Part shown: piece after piece, positions 57,004-64,000 of the stretch
How positions within the stretch are numbered: the first letter of the stretch is position 1
Layout: every line of letters starts with the position of its first letter
Assembly (NCBI GenBank): GCA_014382365.1
Contig: JACNJW010000049.1
Coordinates: forward strand, 1,830-65,829
Direction of reading: 5' to 3'
DNA length: 64,000 bases
DNA from: SAR324 cluster bacterium
GTDB lineage: Bacteria > SAR324 > NAC60-12
Position numbers and translations under genes: made by a program
The notes under the pieces: generated by a model
The model's input: the letters and a program-made list of their open reading frames with translations, nothing else
Database searches by the model: none
Told to the model about the DNA's origin: nothing

Positions 57004-59100
57004 TTGAAATTCTGCAGAGGACATTTTTTACTCTATAATAAAACAATTGTGTTAAGCAACGATGACGTCGAAATAAAGCCCAGTGTTTGTACGCTGGATT
57101 GTCCAGATACCTGTAGTTTGTCAGTAAAAACCGATGGACTAAATGTCGTTGAGGTCCGTGGATCAAAGGCCAATCCATATACAGCAGGTGTAATCTGTAA
57201 CAAGGTCATGCGTGCTTATCCGGATTATTTGCATGGAGCAAATCGTCTGACTCATCCATTAAAACGGGTTGGAGCACGTGGTGGATCTCAGTTTGAGCGT
57301 ATCTCATGGGACGATGCACTCGATCTTGTGCATGCAGGTTTCAGTTCTGCAATTAAAAAGTACGGTCCGCAAACGGTTATGCCGCTCAATTATGCGGGAC
57401 CACATGGTGAGCTCGCAGGTGGTTCGATGGACCGTCGATTCTTTCATCAGCTGGGAGCATCCATGCTATCACGGGGACACTTCTGTGGTCTCGTTCGAGG
57501 ATCCGCCTACACTAGCCTTTATGGAACAGCACCCGGAATGCCACCTGAGCAGTTACAGCATTCTGATCTGATCATCATTTGGGGTAATAACGTCACCGTT
57601 TCAAATCTTCATTTGTCGCGAGTGATTAAAAAGGCGAGGAATGACCATGGTGCAAAGCTGATTGTAATAGATCCCAAACGTACGCGGATTGCTGAACAAG
57701 CTGATTTGCATATCCAAATAAAGCCCGGTACAGACGTAGTTCTAGCGTTGGCACTGGCCGCTGAACTTGAGCGGTGTGGTTCACACGACATGTTGTTTGT
57801 CAAAAAATGGGTTGATGGCTATGACAGCTATATGGAGAATGCCCGTTTGCATACATCTGAAAAAGTGGAGAAAATATGTGGCGTTAATCGGGAAACATTT
57901 GAGCTGTTCGCAGATTGGTATGCAGCAGCTAAAACAGTCGGAGTCTCAGTTGGAAATGGACTGGAACGTGGCCAAAGTGGAGGTTCCGGAATTCGTGCAG
58001 CAATGTCCCTGCAGGTCCTGACTGGAAATCACGGCCGGATGGGGGCAGGTGTCTTTGCCAAGCCAGGCAATTCATTTCCTAAATCAACTGCAAGACTGCA
58101 GCGGCCCGATCTAGTTCCTGAAGGAACAAGGACTATCAACATCGTCAATACTTCCGAGGTCTTGCTCGATAAATCGATGGATCCACCAATCAAGGCCGTG
58201 TTCATCTACAACCATAATCCTGTCCTTACGCATCCAGATCAGAATCGAATGCGCCAGGCATTGGAGCAGGAAGATTTATTTATTGTTGGTGCAGACATAG
58301 TGATGACGGATTCTATGGCATATTGCGACGTGGTTTTACCTGCCTCAAGCCATTTTGAATTTTCCGATATTTATGGTGCCTATGGTCATCATTATTTGCA
58401 AAGGGCTGAGCAGGTAATTGCTTGTGTTGGCGAGTCTTTACCCAACACTGAAATCTTTCGCCGTCTTGCTGGCCGATTTGGATTCGATGATCCGATCTTC
58501 AAGGAAACAGATGCTGAACTGATGGATGCAGCATTTACGGAGAACGATTCACGTCTTGGTGAAACCAGACCGAGTGAGTTTCCTCTGGATCAGGCACTTG
58601 CAATGACAACGATGGACGGTGCAGAACTGATTCTTTGTGACACAGTCCTTCCAGGTACGTCATCCGGCAGGATCGAACTGTTTAGTCAGGATCTGGAGAA
58701 AAGGTTTGGTTATGGCCTTCCGCGTTATGAACCAGTTGAGCGGAAATACCCACTTTCGATAATTTCGCCGTCGTCTTCTAAAAGAACCAATACGACCTTC
58801 GGCGGGTGTACTTTGTCTGATGGGCAGGAAGAAGTGGAGATCAATCCACAAGATGCAGAGATGCGCGGCGTCTCGGAAGGTGACACGCTACGGATTCACA
58901 ATGAACGTGGTGAGACTTTGTTGACCGCCAGAATTACCGATGCAGTCATGCCAGGAGTGTTGTATACTCCGAAAGGTACATGGTTATCCGCCAGTAAAAC
59001 AGGACAAACCGTAAATGCACTCCTTAATGCGGATCTTCGAACTGATATTGAGGATGGAGCCTGTTACAATGAGACGTTTTGTGAAGTCAGCAGTATATAA
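57004..59100 (+). CDS. Molybdopterin-dependent oxidoreductase (bis-MGD family, YyaE/YoaE-like), substrate unknown
   Basis: CTLDCPDTC...C Fe-S motif, RLTHPLKR, ISWDDALD, IDPKRT, DVVLPA, INPQDAE.RG. True start possibly GTG 57049; no Tat signal seen. Confidence 0.85.
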   Translation: MKFCRGHFLLYNKTIVLSNDDVEIKPSVCTLDCPDTCSLSVKTDGLNVVEVRGSKANPYTAGVICNKVMRAYPDYLHGANRLTHPLKRVGARGGSQFERISWDDALDLVHAGFSSAIKKYGPQTVMPLNYAGPHGELAGGSMDRRFFHQLGASMLSRGHFCGLVRGSAYTSLYGTAPGMPPEQLQHSDLIIIWGNNVTVSNLHLSRVIKKARNDHGAKLIVIDPKRTRIAEQADLHIQIKPGTDVVLALALAAELERCGSHDMLFVKKWVDGYDSYMENARLHTSEKVEKICGVNRETFELFADWYAAAKTVGVSVGNGLERGQSGGSGIRAAMSLQVLTGNHGRMGAGVFAKPGNSFPKSTARLQRPDLVPEGTRTINIVNTSEVLLDKSMDPPIKAVFIYNHNPVLTHPDQNRMRQALEQEDLFIVGADIVMTDSMAYCDVVLPASSHFEFSDIYGAYGHHYLQRAEQVIACVGESLPNTEIFRRLAGRFGFDDPIFKETDAELMDAAFTENDSRLGETRPSEFPLDQALAMTTMDGAELILCDTVLPGTSSGRIELFSQDLEKRFGYGLPRYEPVERKYPLSIISPSSSKRTNTTFGGCTLSDGQEEVEINPQDAEMRGVSEGDTLRIHNERGETLLTARITDAVMPGVLYTPKGTWLSASKTGQTVNALLNADLRTDIEDGACYNETFCEVSSI

Positions 59101-59161
59101 ATATTTAGTTGTTGTATAATTGACTGTTATTAATGAAATGAATTGAAAGTTGAATTTATCT

Positions 59162-59794
59162 ATGCCCATTAATAATTCACATATAGATCTGGAAGAAATA
59201 GAAAAATATACAATTGCGCATTATGATGACAATGCAGAGTCTTTCCGTGTGGGTACTCAGGATCATGATGTCAGTCAAAATATCGCAGCTTTGCTGGACG
59301 TTCTTCCAAAAGATAAATCTCTCGATATCCTGGATTTTGGCTGTGGTCCAGGTCGAGACATGTGTGTCTTTAAAGCTATGGGACACAACCCTGTCGGTTT
59401 GGATGGCAGCATGGAGTTTTGTAAAATGGCGGAAATGCAAAGTGGCTGTCCTACTCTGAATCAACAATTTCTAGAGTTGGATTTGGAAGAGAACTGCTAC
59501 GATGGAATATTTGCTAATGCATCGTTGTTTCATGTGCCAAGTCAGGAACTACCAAGAGTTTTAACTGAATTACATTCTGCTTTAAGAACAGGTGGAATTT
59601 TATTTTTTTCTAATCCAAGAGGAAATGCAGAGGGTTGGCAGGGACAGCGTTATGGTAATTATATGGAATTTGAAGCGAGTGAATTATATCTGGAACAATC
59701 TGGATTCAAAATTGTTGACCATTTCTACCGACCTGCAGGCAAATCAAGAGACGAACAACCATGGCTGGCAATCGTTAGTCAGCGAGAGGTATAA
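59162..59794 (+). CDS. Class I SAM-dependent methyltransferase
   Basis: ILDFGCGPGRD, GLDGS, DGIFANASLFHVP. Confidence 0.88.
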   Translation: MPINNSHIDLEEIEKYTIAHYDDNAESFRVGTQDHDVSQNIAALLDVLPKDKSLDILDFGCGPGRDMCVFKAMGHNPVGLDGSMEFCKMAEMQSGCPTLNQQFLELDLEENCYDGIFANASLFHVPSQELPRVLTELHSALRTGGILFFSNPRGNAEGWQGQRYGNYMEFEASELYLEQSGFKIVDHFYRPAGKSRDEQPWLAIVSQREV

Positions 59795-59797
59795 AGT

Positions 59798-60415
59798 TTA
59801 AGAACTGACTGCAGCCATTCCTCCTGCACCAATCAGTAAACTTCCACCAATTCGTTTGGTCCAGCGCTGAAAAGATGGTAGGCGGAACTTCTGTCCAGCA
59901 TAACTTGCAAGTAGGGCGTAGGCAATTACAGCCATGATTGCCAGAACAAAGAAGGTTGTACCCAGGATAAGTGCCTGTGATACAAAGGATAATTTAGGAT
60001 CCATGAACTGTGGCATAAAGGCTAGAAAAAACACGATACTTTTGGGATTAAGTGCAGTAGTCACATAGGAGTTACTAAATATTTCACGCCAAGCCTGTTT
60101 GTTTGCTTCTTCTGAGTCCTGTACTGGTTCTGAAGAACTGCGCCACATTTTAATTCCCAACCATATTAAGTAGCCTGCACCAAACCACTTTAGCAAAAAA
60201 AATGCACTCGAAACAGTCTGCAGCAACAATCCCATTCCTAAAAATGAAAAACTCATTGCAGTTAAATCACCCAAACCGACTCCCAGAATCAGTGCTAAAA
60301 TAGTAGATCGTCCACGTAAAAGTGAATAACTGATTACCAAAAGCAGGGTTGGACCAGGAATGAGCAAAAATGTTGTGGTGACAAAAGTGTAGGTCAGCCA
60401 GGTTTCAAAAGGCAT
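59798..60415 (-). CDS. LysE/RhtB family amino-acid exporter
   Basis: IPGPT, KWFGAGYLIWLG, LNPKSIVFFLAFMPQF. Confidence 0.9.
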   Translation of the reverse strand: MPFETWLTYTFVTTTFLLIPGPTLLLVISYSLLRGRSTILALILGVGLGDLTAMSFSFLGMGLLLQTVSSAFFLLKWFGAGYLIWLGIKMWRSSSEPVQDSEEANKQAWREIFSNSYVTTALNPKSIVFFLAFMPQFMDPKLSFVSQALILGTTFFVLAIMAVIAYALLASYAGQKFRLPSFQRWTKRIGGSLLIGAGGMAAVSS

Positions 60416-60484
60416 GTTTTACTTTTGTTTGAAAGGTTGAGAGGTACGTATATTTCGTGCCTCAATATTATTTGTTTCAGCAAG

Positions 60485-63049
60485 TTAGCTTTTGGGGAAC
60501 TTGTTCTCAGAGTCATACAGTGCACCGTAGCCCACGACTTCGACGACAATCGGAAATGGTTCGTCGAAGTATTCCATGGTGAACTCTCGTCCCACTACGG
60601 CAATATCTGCAGGCAGGTAGCCCAGGCCGATATTTTTACCGAGGGAAGGCCCGAATGCGATGCTGGTCAGGAACGACCGCCGTCCCAGTGAATCCACCGG
60701 AACTTCACCAGTAACCGGGTCGATGATTGGGCATTGGCCAACAGGATAACGCGCCACCTCCTTGGCATCAATGTTGTTAGTCATGGAGAAGGTGCAGAGG
60801 TATGCCGGCTGTTGCTCGCGTTCCCGAATCTTCAGATAAGCTTCCTTGCCGTGGAAATCTGCCCCTTTGACCTTAGGGCGCTCAAGTCCGGCTTCGACCA
60901 GATTGTATTCCGTCAGCAAGTCGGCATTCTGCAAGCGCAGGCTTTTTTCCATACGGCGGCTGTTGGCGTAGGTTTCAATACCGACCGGCGTGGCGCCCTG
61001 TTCGTAAACCAGATCCCACAGAGATAAGCCGTAGCTGAAGGGAACGTGCAATTCCCAACCTTGCTCGCCCACGTAGGAAATGCGGAACGCCAGGACTGGA
61101 ATCCCCTTCAAAGTGATATTTTTAGTGCTGGCAAAGGGGAAGTTTTCCGCTTCCAGTTCTTCCGGGTTGTCTGCAATGGCTTGCAGTATTTTGCGGGCAT
61201 TTGGCCCCCAAATCCCCAGGCACGCCTGATGATCGGTTTGGTCTTCAATATAGACTTTCCAGCCTCGATCCTCAGCCATGCGTTTCAACCAGATAAAGTC
61301 ACGGTGCCCTGCATCTGCGCCATCGATGACGCGGAACTTGTCTTTGCTCAGGCGGAGCACGGTTAAATCTGCACGAATCCCTGCATTGTGATCCAGAAAA
61401 TGGGTGTATATGCCCTTGCCCATTGAGTTATCGCCCCCAACCTTGGCGACGCAGGCATATTCCATCAATGTTTCTGCTTCGGGGCCAATGATATCGTAGA
61501 CTGCGAAGTGCGACAGATTAAACATGCCGACGTTGGCTGACATTTCCAGTTGCTCAGCGTTGGATACCCGCCAGAAGTGACGGTTGTCCCATTCATTCTC
61601 ACGCACTGGCACCTGGTCTGCGTATTTTTCCAGCAAATGCTCGTTGGAGGCATAACCGTGGGCACGTTCCCAGCCAGACAGTTCCATGAAATAGCCGCCG
61701 AGTTCATTTTCACGTGCCCAGAAAGGACTGCGTCTCAGGTTGCGGCCCATGGAATAGGGTTCCCGGTTATGTACCGGTGGGTTGTAAATCTTGAATGCCG
61801 CTTCGTAGCAACGGTCATGGATATAGGTCGGGGTTTTCTGAATCGGGTAATAACGGGCAACATCGACCCCATGTGTATCCAGGTCACTGCAACCATCGGT
61901 CATCATGTCCACAAGCACTTTAGCTATGCCTGGGCCATCCTTGATCCAAACCGCTTCAGCATACCATAGGCCGCGTGTATTGGGAGATTCTCCGATTGAC
62001 GGACCACCGTCAGTGGTTACCTGCAACAACCCGTTGAAGGAGTGTTTTTCCTTGTAGCCAAGTTCACCAAGGATCGGGGTCAATTCCATCGCTCGTTCCA
62101 TGGCATCCATTACGTGTTCAATTGGCAAGTCACGCATAGAGGGAGACAAGCGTGATTCTTCCGGTTCGAGGATATCTTTTGGATGTATCAGGCGAGGGGT
62201 CTTCTCTTCGTAGTAACCCCATTCGATTTGCCCGCCTTCGGTTGTATCCGGATCACCAGTGTCACGGAAGTAAGCGGAATTCCCCTGATCGCGTAACAGA
62301 ACGTGACCAATCTCTTTGCCGGTTCCAGCAAATTCATCATAAGGGCCGAAAAAGCTCAGAGGGTGATCGACTGGCATGATCGGCAAGTCTTCACCAGCCA
62401 TGTTGGCAATCAAGCGTCCCCACAGTCCGGCACAAACGATCACATGCTTGGCTTCAATGTAGCCGCGATTGGTGTGAACGCCCTTGATTCGACCATTTTC
62501 GACTTCAAGATCGGTTGCTGATGTATTGGCAAATGATTGGAGTTCTCCTGTTTTTTCAGCCTGCTGTACCAGTTCGCCGCAAACGAACTGCGAGCGTGGA
62601 ACGACCAATCCGGCATCAGGGTCATACAGTGCGCCTTGAATCACATCCTCTTCTATCAGAGGCATCATTTCCTTGGCTTCTGAAGGAGTGATCATTTTCA
62701 TGCGGTTGCCGAAGGCTTTGCCTGAGCTGACCCGGCGTTTCAGTTCTTCCATGCGCTCATCGTCACCAGCGCGAGCAACCTCGATGCCGCCTATGCGACT
62801 GTAATGCCCCATTTTTTCGAAGAAATCGATGCTGTAACGGGTGGTGAAGCAAGTCATGTTGTCATGCATGGTGTTGAAGCAAAAATCAGATGCATGAGAA
62901 GTTGAGCCAATGTCTGTCGGCACTGCTGACTTGTCGATACCGACAATGTCTTTCCAGCCTCTTTCGATCAGGTGGTGGACGACAGTCGCTCCGACGATTC
63001 CGCCCAGGCCGATGATGACAACGTTTGCTTTTTCCGGGAATTTAGCCAT
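60485..63049 (-). CDS. FAD/THF-dependent dimethylglycine/sarcosine dehydrogenase-like protein (DAO + GcvT domains)
   Basis: IGLGGIVG, GSTSHAS, CAGLWG, TTDGGP, GWER, RISYVGEQGWELH, RRMEKS; ATG 63049 (MAKFPEK). Confidence 0.88.
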   Translation of the reverse strand: MAKFPEKANVVIIGLGGIVGATVVHHLIERGWKDIVGIDKSAVPTDIGSTSHASDFCFNTMHDNMTCFTTRYSIDFFEKMGHYSRIGGIEVARAGDDERMEELKRRVSSGKAFGNRMKMITPSEAKEMMPLIEEDVIQGALYDPDAGLVVPRSQFVCGELVQQAEKTGELQSFANTSATDLEVENGRIKGVHTNRGYIEAKHVIVCAGLWGRLIANMAGEDLPIMPVDHPLSFFGPYDEFAGTGKEIGHVLLRDQGNSAYFRDTGDPDTTEGGQIEWGYYEEKTPRLIHPKDILEPEESRLSPSMRDLPIEHVMDAMERAMELTPILGELGYKEKHSFNGLLQVTTDGGPSIGESPNTRGLWYAEAVWIKDGPGIAKVLVDMMTDGCSDLDTHGVDVARYYPIQKTPTYIHDRCYEAAFKIYNPPVHNREPYSMGRNLRRSPFWARENELGGYFMELSGWERAHGYASNEHLLEKYADQVPVRENEWDNRHFWRVSNAEQLEMSANVGMFNLSHFAVYDIIGPEAETLMEYACVAKVGGDNSMGKGIYTHFLDHNAGIRADLTVLRLSKDKFRVIDGADAGHRDFIWLKRMAEDRGWKVYIEDQTDHQACLGIWGPNARKILQAIADNPEELEAENFPFASTKNITLKGIPVLAFRISYVGEQGWELHVPFSYGLSLWDLVYEQGATPVGIETYANSRRMEKSLRLQNADLLTEYNLVEAGLERPKVKGADFHGKEAYLKIREREQQPAYLCTFSMTNNIDAKEVARYPVGQCPIIDPVTGEVPVDSLGRRSFLTSIAFGPSLGKNIGLGYLPADIAVVGREFTMEYFDEPFPIVVEVVGYGALYDSENKFPKS

Positions 63050-63443
63050 TTCTTGATCCTCGAGAAGAATTTTAGTAATAGTAGACAACAAGTCTGCACT
63101 GAGCCGGGCAAGACTTTAATGAAGTGGTGCACCTGGCCCCGTCAGATTAGAGATTCCGATCATCTGAACCGCAGCCGGAATGCTCTATCCCGTCAAGCTG
63201 CGGGTGCAAATGTGCAATACATTGCAGGAAAAGAAAAAAGCGTCACGATATTGTGATTCCATTTTTCTCTCCTGAAAATTAACTTAGTCGTTGTTCCTCA
63301 ATAACCTTTACATCTTGCTTGTTTTGTTCACACATAATCCGCATTGCACAAACTATTATATAGCCGGCGATGTAACCGTTTGTGCGCTTTGATTATGGCA
63401 AAAAACCTGTGCAAATCTGTATAGTTTATTTCGTTACAACTCC

Positions 63444-64000
63444 TTAGTTTTTCACTTTTCCAATTTCATCACGGAAAGCAGGAACGGCTTTGAACAAATC
63501 GCCGACAATCCCATAATCTGCAACTTTAAAAATGGGTGCATCCGGATCTTTATTGACAGCAACAATCACTTTTGAACCAGACATTCCAGCTAAATGCTGA
63601 ATTGCACCAGAAATTCCCAATGCAAAATAAAAATCTGGTGTAACCATTGTTCCTGTTTGTCCAACCTGATGTTTGTGAGGCATCCATCCTGCGTCGCAAA
63701 CTGCTCTTGAAGCACCAAATGCAGCACCCAACTCTGTGGCCAGAGGTTTAACAAAATCACAGCCTTCTGTACCGCCTACACCGCGTCCTGCAGAAACGAC
63801 AATGCTGGCTTCGTTGAGTTCTACTTCATCGCTAACTTCTACTTGTACTTCCTTGACTTTCAACTGAGGATGAGTAGCTGCAATTGAAAGTGAAACAGTA
63901 TTTGCTGCTGCAGGTGTATTATCTTCTGCTGGAAAAAATCCGCTTCGAATACTGATGACTCGTAAACCGTCTTTACTGAATTTGCATTTTTGGACAACTT
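63444..64000 (-). CDS. etfA: Electron transfer flavoprotein alpha subunit (partial; 5' end beyond the window)
   Basis: [59 protein letters not shown]; the frame appears open to the window edge. Confidence 0.9.
   Translation of the reverse strand, partial: VVQKCKFSKDGLRVISIRSGFFPAEDNTPAAANTVSLSIAATHPQLKVKEVQVEVSDEVELNEASIVVSAGRGVGGTEGCDFVKPLATELGAAFGASRAVCDAGWMPHKHQVGQTGTMVTPDFYFALGISGAIQHLAGMSGSKVIVAVNKDPDAPIFKVADYGIVGDLFKAVPAFRDEIGKVKN

Noticed and set aside
157-63256. Many 60-147 aa ORFs in the six-frame track overlapping called genes (e.g. 5191-5538, 10305-10748, 13513-13929, 61550-61969)
   Set aside because: Antisense or out-of-frame shadows of genes with clear family motifs; no motifs or RBS of their own noticed.
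63050-63300. Glycine, THF or ZTP riboswitch
   Set aside because: Conserved cores (e.g. GGAGA...CCGAAG...CTCTCAGG for glycine) not found; kept only as an unclassified structured leader.
1-64000. tRNA, rRNA, transposase, integrase, prophage or defence genes
   Set aside because: None recognised in ORFs or intergenic regions; short RNAs could be missed without covariance searches.

Overview
AT-rich bacterial window, possibly from a marine SAR324-like deltaproteobacterium (inference only), dominated by aromatic-acid catabolism. It carries a HAAT/Liv-family ABC importer, RidA and korAB, divergent from a Thauera-type anaerobic benzoyl-CoA operon (had-oah-dch-bcrCBAD-fdx). It also carries an aerobic 2-aminobenzoyl/salicylyl-CoA monooxygenase (abm-like) cluster, and boxC-boxB-benzoate-CoA ligase-thiolase divergent from a BadL/BadM-like regulator pair. 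A 24-bp near-palindrome occurs twice at the bcr/kor promoters and once between badL and boxC, suggesting that one BadM regulon links the anoxic and oxic routes. Between the clusters sits a 7TM-DISM hybrid kinase with a C-terminal ChiS-like DNA-binding domain, next to an FN3/NHL lipoprotein gene preceded by two perfect 18-bp direct repeats. Other content: gabD-moaD-aor-sigma54 activator, a lone sucD, mtaB, an attC-bounded integron cassette relic, a divergent SHMT, a PbfA-like enzyme, a molybdopterin oxidoreductase, a dimethylglycine/sarcosine dehydrogenase-like gene and a partial etfA. No rRNA, tRNA, CRISPR array, integrase or transposase was recognised. All family calls are by recalled sequence similarity; no searches were run.
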